A stretch of DNA of 64,000 nucleotides, from IMG/VR virus record IMGVR_UViG_3300024272_000069, one strand, 5' to 3'. A program made the position numbers and the translations under genes. This document shows, piece after piece, positions 16,279 through 23,917 of this stretch (the first letter of the stretch is position 1; each line of letters begins with the position of its first letter). Source of the DNA: a virus. The notes under the pieces are model-generated. The model saw only the letters and a program-made list of their open reading frames with translations, was not told where the DNA came from and made no database searches.

Positions 16279-16776
16279 TTACTCGCCCTTGTAGAAGTAG
16301 TAGTTCTTGCCCTTTTCGGTACGCTTGTCAAGCACGCCAGCGGTGAACAGTTCCTTGGCATCAGAACCGACCGTCATGATGACGCACTCACCGTAGACCT
16401 CCGGCATCGCTTCCTTGATCTCGGTACAGGTATGCTCGCCGGGGTTGTCCTTCATCCACTCGGTCAGAGCCGCCTTGCGTGCTTCCTTCGCCGCCTGCTT
16501 GGCAGGGTCAGCACCAGAGGACTTCTTGGGGGTAGCCGCCTTTTCCGCCTGCTTAGCGGAAAACTCGGCGTACTCAGCGACAGCGGCATCGAAATCAAAT
16601 GCCTTGTTGACCTTGGTATCCTTGGCAAGCAGGGCGGATACCTTAACCGCGTAGTAGGTCTGAACGCCGTCAACCACATCGCCCGGAACAGCGAGGAAAT
16701 TGGAGTTAGAGCGGCGGCACATGGTAGCACCAGTGCAAGCGGTAGAGATGGTGTCGATCAGGTTCTGCATAGTCAT
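16279..16776 (-). CDS. lysine/alanine-rich putative DNA-binding protein, paralog 3
   Basis: KAFDFDAAVAEY core; AKQAEKAATPKKSSGADPAKQAAKEARKAA tract; C-terminal TCTEIKEAMPEV...MTVG... parallels paralog 2. Confidence 0.6.
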   Translation of the reverse strand: MTMQNLIDTISTACTGATMCRRSNSNFLAVPGDVVDGVQTYYAVKVSALLAKDTKVNKAFDFDAAVAEYAEFSAKQAEKAATPKKSSGADPAKQAAKEARKAALTEWMKDNPGEHTCTEIKEAMPEVYGECVIMTVGSDAKELFTAGVLDKRTEKGKNYYFYKGE

Positions 16777-16916
16777 AGGTTTCCTCTCTTTCTGCCCTTA
16801 TCAGGGCGGTCGAAGTATTTTTGTCTTACTCCCTTGGAGTGATTATAGTATACCAAATCTTTTAGAATTTGTCAACACTTATTTTAATATTTCTTTTGTT
16901 ATTTGAGGAAAGAATA

Positions 16917-16935
16917 TTAGATGTTCAACATCTAA
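16917..16935. repeat. palindrome copy 15 (class B promoter with the conserved insert)
   Basis: Insert TTCCTCAAATAACAAAAGAAATATTAAAATAAGTG, then TTGACA-17-TATACT. Confidence 0.9.
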
Positions 16936-16957
16936 TAATGAGAAAAGAAAACAAGGG

Positions 16958-17359
16958 TTATTCACCCTTGTTTTCCTCTGCCTTGCGTGCGGCTCGGGCG
17001 GCTTCTTCGGCTTCCTTCTTTGCCTTTGCCGCGGCGGCCTTCTCTGCACGCTTCTTGGCGGCTTCCTGCTTTTCCTTTTCCTTGCGTGCCTTGTTCGCGG
17101 CTACATCTTCGAGATGTTCCTGATACTGCTGGGCTTCACCATAAGCATCATAGGCTTCGCCGGAACGATCACCACGCGGAATGGAGAGCGTGAGCTTTGC
17201 AAAGATTTCGTTACCCTCTGCATCAACAGTCGGGAAAGCAATCGCGTTACCGCTGACGCGGAGAACTTCTTCTCCTTCATCAGTAAGGAACTGTGCAAGC
17301 TGAGCAAGGATTTCGTCGCGTCGCATGTTGGTGAGCTGGGTCTTGGTGAGCTTTGCCAT
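16958..17359 (-). CDS. paralog 4 of the same family: conserved core + C-terminal histone H1-like K/A/E-rich tail
   Basis: NAIAFPTVDAEGNEIFAKLTLSI aligns with AIDTGVKDENGNTVFATVEITV of paralog 2; tail KARKEKEKQEAAKKRAEKAAAAKAKKEAEEAARAARKAEE. Confidence 0.55.
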   Translation of the reverse strand: MAKLTKTQLTNMRRDEILAQLAQFLTDEGEEVLRVSGNAIAFPTVDAEGNEIFAKLTLSIPRGDRSGEAYDAYGEAQQYQEHLEDVAANKARKEKEKQEAAKKRAEKAAAAKAKKEAEEAARAARKAEENKGE

Positions 17360-17466
17360 GTTGGTTGTCTCCTTCCTTGTTCCTTTGGAACAATAACAGT
17401 ATAGCATAGTTACAGAAGTTTGTCAATAGAAAAATGAAAAAAGTTTTTAAGAAAGTCAATTCTTTA

Positions 17467-17485
17467 TTAGATGTTCAACATCTAA
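17467..17485. repeat. palindrome copy 16
   Basis: Preceded by AGTCAAT, a TTGACT -35 box on minus. Confidence 0.9.
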
Positions 17486-17606
17486 TTTTCTCAATTTTCA
17501 TTTTCTATATATATTATACCACACTTGGAAACATTTTTCAATTCGCCATTTAGACAAATATTCAAATCTGTTTTTGTAAAAAATATACAAAAGGGTGTTG
17601 CCGCCC

Positions 17607-17990
17607 TTATGTTACATAATAGTCATAAAGTGCCGGAATATGTTCGGACATGAGACGTTCTTTCGTTTCCCATCTTGGGAAGTCAAACACGCGGAAGGAT
17701 GACCCATACCATTGAATACGGATATGTTCCCAATCTTTTGTTTCGATCATTCGCATAGAAGAAACAGGGAACTTTCCACAAATAATTCCTTTTTCTTCAA
17801 AGAAACGCCAATTTTCACGCGGTTCCTTGCTTCCATAAATGGTAAACAGATTTGGAGTATATTCTTCTACGTCTCCATTAAGGAAGGTAAACACAAAGGT
17901 CGGACGAGAATAGTACGCAGTATTCAGAGGCAAGAAGATTTTTTTAATTTTTTCCCACATATTCAACGCTCCTTTCAGGGATTGCGGCAA
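17607..17990 (-). CDS. hypothetical protein (127 aa)
   Basis: ORF track. Confidence 0.45.
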   Translation of the reverse strand: MPQSLKGALNMWEKIKKIFLPLNTAYYSRPTFVFTFLNGDVEEYTPNLFTIYGSKEPRENWRFFEEKGIICGKFPVSSMRMIETKDWEHIRIQWYGSSFRVFDFPRWETKERLMSEHIPALYDYYVT

Positions 17991-18178
17991 ACTGTCGCAG
18001 TTTCATGTGTCCAATAGAATGTAGCCATCAGATCATTATTGGGGCTTACCCAGTGTTCCCACCAAAAACGCGGAGAGCCGCCAATATTGCCAGATTCTTC
18101 CAGATGCCAATTATTAGCAATCAATTCGTCGCGGCTTGCCTGATAGCCGTCAAAAGGTACGATACTCATGTTGTGCAA
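17975..18178 (-). CDS. hypothetical protein (67 aa)
   Basis: ORF track; overlaps the downstream gene by 16 nt. Confidence 0.35.
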   Translation of the reverse strand: MHNMSIVPFDGYQASRDELIANNWHLEESGNIGGSPRFWWEHWVSPNNDLMATFYWTHETATVCRNP

Positions 18179-18237
18179 CTCCTTTGCTTTGTTTTCTATA
18201 TTGTATCATATATGCTTTAATTTGTCAACAAGATTTA

Positions 18238-18256
18238 TTAGATGTTCAACATCTAA
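18238..18256. repeat. palindrome copy 17
   Basis: TTTGTCAACA at ~18221 (-35 box on minus), 7 nt away. Confidence 0.9.
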
Positions 18257-18278
18257 AACGCTGGAGGAGAAGAGGGGA

Positions 18279-18869
18279 TTATTCAATCCCCTCAATTGCT
18301 TCCATGATTGCTTGATGAATCTTGTGTACATTGGCGGTGATGAACTTCTGTGCCTGTTCTTCATCGCACTCATAGTAGTCCTTCTTATTCTGACAACGGT
18401 TCATGCAACGTGCGTGGTCAAAGATATTGTGCAGTGCATGTTCTGCCGCCTGTGCCTGTGCCTTGTTGGCAACTTCCATATACCACATCTTCTGAACAGG
18501 AGTAGCACGGTTGATGGTGTTATAACGCTGAATGATATCCTTGGTTTCACCCGGCTTCACGCCGCCGGAGATGATGGAGAAGTATACCACATGCTGACCA
18601 CGAAGCGGCTGACCCTGACTGCGAACCAGCTCCACGATCTCAGCCCATTCAGAGCGACAAGCCAGCTCCCACAGACGAGCTTCTTCCGGTTCCAGCATCA
18701 TGGAACAGATGTCATAGGTACTCAGCTTTTCGCGGCTGTACTCGATATAGTCCTTAGTACGCGGCTCAGCTTTACCAGAGAAACGAGACACAGCGTTATA
18801 GACCAGCTGAGCACGGGCGGTTTCAAGGTTCTGGGACTTGGTGGCAGGAGTGTAACGGTTGAAATACAT
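18279..18869 (-). CDS. T5orf172/MUG113-like (GIY-YIG-related) domain protein
   Basis: GQHVVYFSIISGGVKPGETKDIIQRYNTINR...AEHALHNIF fits the VY..G..K.G.T....R...EHxLH pattern; start taken at MYFNRY from track arithmetic. Confidence 0.45.
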   Translation of the reverse strand: MYFNRYTPATKSQNLETARAQLVYNAVSRFSGKAEPRTKDYIEYSREKLSTYDICSMMLEPEEARLWELACRSEWAEIVELVRSQGQPLRGQHVVYFSIISGGVKPGETKDIIQRYNTINRATPVQKMWYMEVANKAQAQAAEHALHNIFDHARCMNRCQNKKDYYECDEEQAQKFITANVHKIHQAIMEAIEGIE

Positions 18870-18957
18870 AGCATTTACCTCTTTCTTTCTGGGGTGCTTC
18901 CCCTTAATTCGTATGACTAATTCTACCACAGAAACAGATAATTGTCAATAAGGTTTT

Positions 18958-18976
18958 TTAGATGTTCAACATCTAA
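18958..18976. repeat. palindrome copy 18
   Basis: AATTGTCAATA at ~18941. Confidence 0.9.
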
Positions 18977-19145
18977 AAACTATAAAAGAGGAATAACTCT
19001 CGTTATTCCTCCATGGGTGTGACTGTGACAACCGGATCACGCATTGCCCAAAATTCGAGGGCGGTTTCGATTGCCATTTCTTCATCTTCTGCAACGCCAT
19101 CCGGCAATTCGTAGTCAACACAATCTTCGATTCTGATATTAAATC

Positions 19146-19391
19146 TCATCTGATATATCCTCCCCTGTAAATGTTACGGTTCTTTTTTCTCTGCTCACGC
19201 TTCCACTCACGCCATGCAAGCCACGCATAATAGATGACCAGAAGCACAGTACCGATGGACATAGACCACATGATGATGGTTAGAATCATTTCACGCGGTT
19301 CTACGAACTGACCAACCACAAGGCCGCAGAAAGCGGAAATAAGCCAAGTAAGAATGATGTCCCAAATAGTGTCATTAAGCATGTTTGTCAA
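19146..19391 (-). CDS. small membrane protein (2 TM helices)
   Basis: Hydrophobic segments LTWLISAFCGLVVGQF and ILTIIMWSMSIGTVLLVIYYAWLAW. Confidence 0.4.
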   Translation of the reverse strand: MTNMLNDTIWDIILTWLISAFCGLVVGQFVEPREMILTIIMWSMSIGTVLLVIYYAWLAWREWKREQRKKNRNIYRGGYIR

Positions 19392-19449
19392 CTCCCTTTA
19401 AGTTATGATTTATTATAGCATCTATTTTTGTTTTTGTCAAGAATTAAAA

Positions 19450-19468
19450 TTAGATGTTGAACATCTAA
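19450..19468. repeat. palindrome copy 19
   Basis: TTTTTGTCAAGAA at ~19431. Confidence 0.9.
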
Positions 19469-19488
19469 AAAAAGAAAGAAGTTTCTTT

Positions 19489-19755
19489 TCAGAAACTTCT
19501 ACCCGCTCCACCACCGCGAGAACTGCCGCCCTTAAAACCGCTGGAGGAAGAACGATGACGATGAGAACGATGGGAAGAATGACTGATAACATCAGACCAG
19601 AACTCAAGCATGACAATAAACTTATCAGTCCAATCCCATTCACGATTGAAAAGCCAATCGAAGATTGCCCAAATGGTTGCACATGCAACACTAAGACCAA
19701 GCAATAGACCAAAAAGAATTGCAAATGCTTTGATGAGTCCGATGAACGTTTCCAT
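19489..19755 (-). CDS. small membrane protein with a His/Ser/Arg/Gly-rich tail
   Basis: TM helix AFAILFGLLLGLSVACATIWAIF; C-terminal HSSHRSHRHRSSSSGFKGGSSRGGGAGRS. Confidence 0.4.
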   Translation of the reverse strand: METFIGLIKAFAILFGLLLGLSVACATIWAIFDWLFNREWDWTDKFIVMLEFWSDVISHSSHRSHRHRSSSSGFKGGSSRGGGAGRSF

Positions 19756-19822
19756 TTTAATTGCTCCCTTCTTTTATTGATTATAGTGTAACATAATTTT
19801 TTCTTTTTGTCAATAATAAAAA

Positions 19823-19841
19823 TTAGATGTTCAACATCTAA
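19823..19841. repeat. palindrome copy 20
   Basis: CTTTTTGTCAATAATA at ~19806. Confidence 0.9.
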
Positions 19842-19866
19842 TAATAAAAAGAAGGTTGACATTATG

Positions 19867-20283
19867 TCAACCCCTGTGCTTGCGAAGGAACGGATGTGCA
19901 TTTACAATTGCATTAACTCTCTCCCACTTTTCCGCGGCGTCATCACGCATAGACTGATAATTGGTATAGTATACCAAGCGTTGTTTCTTGAGAGTTTCGA
20001 TTTCCTCAACAATTTCATCGCGTTCTGCTTTGGGCAACCATCGCAGTTCACTTTCTTTCTTCTCAATTTCCTTCTCATACTTGCGAACGTGCTTCATAAA
20101 ATATGCACCTGCTTCCTTGTCACAAGTAGAAGCAACATGACAAGCACGAAGATATTCCGGATATTCCTTTTCAATTTTCTTGTCGATATGCTTGTAATAC
20201 AAGACCATACCTACACCGCTAAGAATACCACAAAGAACAATGCCGCCAAGGATAACGAGGAAGATTACATTTTCGTAACTCAT
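19867..20283 (-). CDS. membrane-anchored protein (~138 aa) with a charged coiled-coil
   Basis: Start MSYENVIFLVILGGIVLCGILSGVGMVLYY (TM helix), then a K/E-rich segment. Confidence 0.4.
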   Translation of the reverse strand: MSYENVIFLVILGGIVLCGILSGVGMVLYYKHIDKKIEKEYPEYLRACHVASTCDKEAGAYFMKHVRKYEKEIEKKESELRWLPKAERDEIVEEIETLKKQRLVYYTNYQSMRDDAAEKWERVNAIVNAHPFLRKHRG

Positions 20284-20284
20284 A

Positions 20285-20659
20285 TTATTTATCCGTCCTT
20301 TCATAATTGTAATGTTCATGAAGTTTGAAGTTGTAACCGCTGGTGGACCGAGAATCAAGCACTTTAATTTCAAGCGGCATTGTTTCTGCATCTCTATATT
20401 TTGCATAGCACGCAGAACAGACTTTCATAATGTCGGTGGCGTGGTCATTCTCCCACATAAGATAGTAAGAGTTATAACCATCGTCATCGGTAGTATAGAA
20501 GGTTTCTACAATGGTGACGTTCTCAGTATAACTTTCAACTTCTTTCATACTGTAATCAACCACGAAGTCAAACGCGGCCTTGCCCATACAAAAGACACAA
20601 AGAAGAATACCAAGAGTACAAAGAATACTAATAAGTGTTGGGCGGTTGGTTGTTCTCAT
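20285..20659 (-). CDS. small secreted/membrane protein (~124 aa)
   Basis: Signal/TM-like LISILCTLGILLCVFCMG. Confidence 0.4.
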   Translation of the reverse strand: MRTTNRPTLISILCTLGILLCVFCMGKAAFDFVVDYSMKEVESYTENVTIVETFYTTDDDGYNSYYLMWENDHATDIMKVCSACYAKYRDAETMPLEIKVLDSRSTSGYNFKLHEHYNYERTDK

Positions 20660-20725
20660 GTTTTCAATCTCCTTTCTTGATGATAATAGTATACAATAAA
20701 ATTTCAAATTTGTCAATAAATAATT

Positions 20726-20744
20726 TTAGATGTTGAACATCTAA
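20726..20744. repeat. palindrome copy 21
   Basis: AATTTGTCAATAAATA at ~20709. Confidence 0.9.
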
Positions 20745-20765
20745 TTATAAAAAAGATAAGAGAGT

Positions 20766-21032
20766 TTAATCTCTCTTATCCCAACCAGTGTACATCCATG
20801 CCAACAGGATAGGCCGCACAAGGTCATCACCCGTTTCAACATCTTCAAAGGTCATGATTTCCTGTGTGTCGATGTTGCGTACAACCAACTGACAATTACT
20901 GCGATTCCACCAGAAAGACAGGTGAGCATCAGAGCACTTGAAATCCATGATGTTATTCTTGATAAGAACATCAGTAAACAGATGAGCATCGTTGATAGTG
21001 AGGAAGTTAATACGAGAATAGCTGGTGACCAT
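20766..21032 (-). CDS. hypothetical protein (88 aa)
   Basis: ORF track; own consensus promoter TTGACA-17-TATAAT (21064-21102, minus) with no palindrome. Confidence 0.4.
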   Translation of the reverse strand: MVTSYSRINFLTINDAHLFTDVLIKNNIMDFKCSDAHLSFWWNRSNCQLVVRNIDTQEIMTFEDVETGDDLVRPILLAWMYTGWDKRD

Positions 21033-21098
21033 GTTTTACAACTCCTTTGTTCTTTTGATGGTTTTATTATACCATGAGATTAGGGATTTGTCAACCCC

Positions 21099-21344
21099 TT
21101 ATCTCAAAAAATATACATTTAATATTATCAGAGCGATTTGAATAATGTACAGATTCAAATGGGTTTTGTGCCGCGTGTTTAATGCAATGCTGAGAATAGA
21201 ATTTATCAAGCCCAGTATAGGTGCCCACCAATAACCCAGTACGACGAATATTACATTCAACACGGTGAACAGGGCAGAAACGTCGCCCCATTCAAATACA
21301 TACTTTTTCTTTTCAATTCCAAAGAACTCTTTTATGCTTCCCAT
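21099..21344 (-). CDS. small membrane protein (81 aa)
   Basis: ORF track; hydrophobic VIFVVLGYWWAPILGLINSILSIAL. Confidence 0.35.
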   Translation of the reverse strand: MGSIKEFFGIEKKKYVFEWGDVSALFTVLNVIFVVLGYWWAPILGLINSILSIALNTRHKTHLNLYIIQIALIILNVYFLR

Positions 21345-21472
21345 TCTTCTTCACATCCATCATACCATACACGTTTAATAGTCTTGCCATCTGCGGAAAT
21401 GAAATCTTCATATCCCATCCAAGAAGATTCTGCTTGCTGTTCGTCAATTTTGATCCAGTTATCAGAAGTCAT
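21332..21472 (-). CDS. small protein (~46 aa, MTSDNWIKIDEQQ...)
   Basis: ATG overlaps the TGA of the upstream small gene (coupled); SD GGAAAGGAAGG. Confidence 0.3.
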   Translation of the reverse strand: MTSDNWIKIDEQQAESSWMGYEDFISADGKTIKRVWYDGCEEEWEA

Positions 21473-21623
21473 ACACAGTACCTTCCTTTCCATCCTCAAA
21501 GCCCACGCCATAGCAACCGCAAGGACTTTCATACTCTGTCCAGTTCTTGCCTGCCGCGGTCAGTTCCCATCCATCCGCGAGCATCTGAGATTCGGTGACC
21601 TTCATGCCTTTTTCATATTTCAT
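21462..21623 (-). CDS. small Cys-containing protein (~53 aa, MKYEKGMKVTESQ...)
   Basis: Below the track's size threshold; follows palindrome 21715 on minus. Confidence 0.3.
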   Translation of the reverse strand: MKYEKGMKVTESQMLADGWELTAAGKNWTEYESPCGCYGVGFEDGKEGTVYDF

Positions 21624-21714
21624 TTATTCATCCCCTTTTTTCTTTATTCTATCATATGCTGGAGGAAATATCAAGGGGTTATTGAAAAATATTTTTACTT
21701 CTTCTAAAAGTATA

Positions 21715-21733
21715 TTAGATGTTCAACATCTAA
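21715..21733. repeat. palindrome copy 22
   Basis: Perfect copy; GCTGGAGG 50 nt upstream. Confidence 0.9.
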
Positions 21734-21753
21734 AGATGAAATTGTGGGACTGA

Positions 21754-21996
21754 TTAACAGTCCCATGTATAGCCGCCAACATAGGGGTCGAATCCTAACT
21801 CCAAATCATCCGCGGATTCAGAGCATCCATACTCTTCTTCCACATCGAAATCATCATCCCAATCCTCATAGGGATCATCGTCATCCTGATCGCACGGAGC
21901 CGGGAACATCGGGTCATCGTAGTGGCAACGCGGATAGGCTTCGTTCTCGTCCTTCCAGAAGTAGCCGCAGTTGCGGCGTTCGCATTCACTCATCAT
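21754..21996 (-). CDS. small acidic Cys-rich protein (~80 aa)
   Basis: Start MMSECERRNCGYF with SD GAGGAGG 9 nt upstream; DDDD/EE-rich C-terminal half. Confidence 0.35.
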   Translation of the reverse strand: MMSECERRNCGYFWKDENEAYPRCHYDDPMFPAPCDQDDDDPYEDWDDDFDVEEEYGCSESADDLELGFDPYVGGYTWDC

Positions 21997-22150
21997 GGTT
22001 TTCGTCCTCCTCTTCGTTCGTCGGGTACATCTCGTCAACCCATTCAAAACCAAATTCTTCGTATTCGGGGTGCTTCATGTTTATCGCTCCTTGCTTTCTT
22101 TTGATGGTTATATTGTACCACAGAAAAATGAAATTGTCAACACTTTTTTA

Positions 22151-22169
22151 TTAGATGTTCAACATCTAA
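22151..22169. repeat. palindrome copy 23
   Basis: AAATGAAATTGTCAACAC at ~22119. Confidence 0.9.
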
Positions 22170-22193
22170 TTATGTCGGGGTGGTTAACCCCTG

Positions 22194-22511
22194 TTAGAAA
22201 TCGTTTGTTTCATAATGTCTGAATGTACCATCGAATCTGTAATACATCACCACGAAACAACCATTATCAAACCAAATATCAATTTCAAAGAAATCATCCT
22301 CATTACCGGTAGTATATACATCAACAACGTCCGTCATGTATTCGTAACCGTTAGCATGAAGTCGATCTGAAAGTTCCTTGAAACTGTATTGCGTAAGTTG
22401 TTCAACGAACTCTTTCATTTTGATAACTCCTTCTAAAAGCATATTCTTCCGGCGTAAGGTTGCGAACCTTAACCACTCGGCCGCACAATCCCCGTGATAC
22501 TTTAACCGCAT
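22194..22511 (-). CDS. hypothetical protein (105 aa)
   Basis: ORF track. Confidence 0.35.
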   Translation of the reverse strand: MRLKYHGDCAAEWLRFATLRRKNMLLEGVIKMKEFVEQLTQYSFKELSDRLHANGYEYMTDVVDVYTTGNEDDFFEIDIWFDNGCFVVMYYRFDGTFRHYETNDF

Positions 22512-22646
22512 TCAAAATGCAATCACTCTTAATATAGTACGTCAAACCATTTTGAAATGTAAGGGCGTAGTACTTCATGGAATCATCTTCTTTCCTTTTG
22601 TTGTTTATAGTCTAACATAAAAAATGAAATTTGTCAATACTTGAAA

Positions 22647-22665
22647 TTAGATGTTCAACATCTAA
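22647..22665. repeat. palindrome copy 24
   Basis: AAATGAAATTTGTCAATAC at ~22621. Confidence 0.9.
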
Positions 22666-22687
22666 TTATAAAAGGATTTGGTATTAA

Positions 22688-22864
22688 ACCAAATCCGCGA
22701 GTTTATTTTCTACAAAGGCGGCATCTTCAACACGGCAAGTCACCGTGATTTCACCATTGCGGAAATAAGCAAAGCAAGGAATGCGTTCTGCGATTTCATC
22801 AAGGCGTTCGTGAATCAGAGAGGAAAGGATGGTGGGATCGGCGTAAACAGAGATGGTCTTCATG
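22688..22864 (-). CDS. small protein (~58 aa, MKTISVYADPTILSSLIHERLDEIAERIPCFAYFRNGEITVTCR...)
   Basis: Minus-strand reading; SD AAAGGAGG; promoter TTGACA-17-TATAAT at ~22898-22936 (minus). Confidence 0.35.
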
Positions 22865-22955
22865 GGGTTGCCTCCTTTAGTTTGTTTTCTTTTCTTTTTG
22901 TAATTATATTATAGCACACAAAAATGAAATTGTCAACCCCTAAAATAAAAAATTT

Positions 22956-22984
22956 CCCGATGGAGTTAGCTACTCTCCATCGGG
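22956..22984 (-). terminator. intrinsic terminator (CCCGATGGAG-ttagctact-CTCCATCGGG + T-rich on minus)
   Basis: Perfect 10-bp stem; minus-sense downstream AAATTTTTTATTTT. Confidence 0.6.
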
Positions 22985-23140
22985 TCGCACCTCAATATAT
23001 TTATCGCCCGAATCACCGCGAGGCCGTGCAGTGACCGTTTGGAACAGTTATCAAATTATAAGGTGGGTTCGTGCGTTGGCTGTTCCCCTTCGCAAGTTGC
23101 CCTTACACTAAATCAAGTTTCATCAACTACCTTTCTTTCC
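22985..23140 (-). ncRNA. candidate ~150-nt non-coding RNA with its own promoter and terminator
   Basis: Promoter TTGACA-17-TATTAT (23140-23179, minus) with palindrome 23192 upstream; terminator at 22956-22984; no ORF beyond 8 codons; GC-rich relative to flanks. Confidence 0.35.
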
Positions 23141-23191
23141 TTTCGACATGTATATAATAACACAAAATGCTGGAGGTGTCAATAGTCTTTT

Positions 23192-23210
23192 TTAGATGTT
23201 GAACATCTAA
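23192..23210. repeat. palindrome copy 25
   Basis: 9-nt gap to TTGACA (minus) whose spacer contains CCTCCAGC. Confidence 0.9.
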
Positions 23211-23231
23211 AAATAAAAAGGAAAGATGACG

Positions 23232-23519
23232 TTAGTCATCTTCCGCATTCCAACCAACATTCACTGCAGAAACATTGGAGCAATCAATGAAGATTTCTCC
23301 TGCTTCATTGCGAATGCTCATCAGGCCATAATCAGCAACAAACTGGTCAATCAGAGTGATGATTTCAGCTGCCGCACGACTACGCTCATTCTTCTGCTTT
23401 TCACGTTCATCCTTGAGCCTTTCAGCCGCTTCAATGAATGCGGCCAATTCATCATCAGAGCCAACAGAGAAGATGTATTCACCAATACGAACAGAGCTTT
23501 CCATAGAGACTACCTCATT
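23232..23519 (-). CDS. hypothetical protein (~95 aa, MESSVRIGEYIF...)
   Basis: Internal ATG of the track ORF. Confidence 0.4.
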   Translation of the reverse strand, partial: NEVVSMESSVRIGEYIFSVGSDDELAAFIEAAERLKDEREKQKNERSRAAAEIITLIDQFVADYGLMSIRNEAGEIFIDCSNVSAVNVGWNAEDD

Positions 23520-23576
23520 TCTTTCTTTTGATAGCATTATTGTAGCATATTGCAGGCTGTTTGTCAATGCAGGTTC

Positions 23577-23595
23577 TTAGACGTTCTACATCTAA
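23577..23595. repeat. palindrome copy 26 (degenerate: TTAGACGTTCTACATCTAA)
   Basis: Preceded by TTTGTCAATGC at ~23560. Confidence 0.7.
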
Positions 23596-23618
23596 CTTTT
23601 ATAAAAAAAGGATTCGCT

Positions 23619-23876
23619 TTACAGCGAATCCGTAGACAGATAACAGCTCCTAACAACAGCGTTGGCAACCTCACCAGAAAACTCAACATCTTCGAACTCG
23701 AAGATCTCTTCGCTATGCAGGTTCTCACAATGCAGCAGCAGGTTCTCATCCCACGAAAAGACCAGCACAACGTCAGTCGTTTCCAGTCGCAGGTTGTAGT
23801 GTTCATACAGTTCATCAGCAGCAGCCAGCATTTCACGCATGGTCAGGTCGAGCAGGCTCTTCTCAAAGTTCTTCAT
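23619..23876 (-). CDS. hypothetical protein (85 aa)
   Basis: ORF track. Confidence 0.4.
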   Translation of the reverse strand: MKNFEKSLLDLTMREMLAAADELYEHYNLRLETTDVVLVFSWDENLLLHCENLHSEEIFEFEDVEFSGEVANAVVRSCYLSTDSL

Positions 23877-23917
23877 AGCTTAAACCTCACTTTCAATTCT
23901 TAAGAAGGTGGAGAGCC

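Noticed and set aside
18168-18920. 250-aa plus-strand ORF
   Set aside because: It is antisense to the T5orf172-like gene 18279-18869 and begins inside a promoter/palindrome region.
6952-23595. The 19-bp palindromes as rho-independent terminators
   Set aside because: The stem is AU-rich (7 bp, 2-3 GC pairs) with no U-tract on either strand. Genuine terminators in this phage are GC-rich hairpins with T-tracts, and most palindromes sit upstream of promoters rather than after stops.
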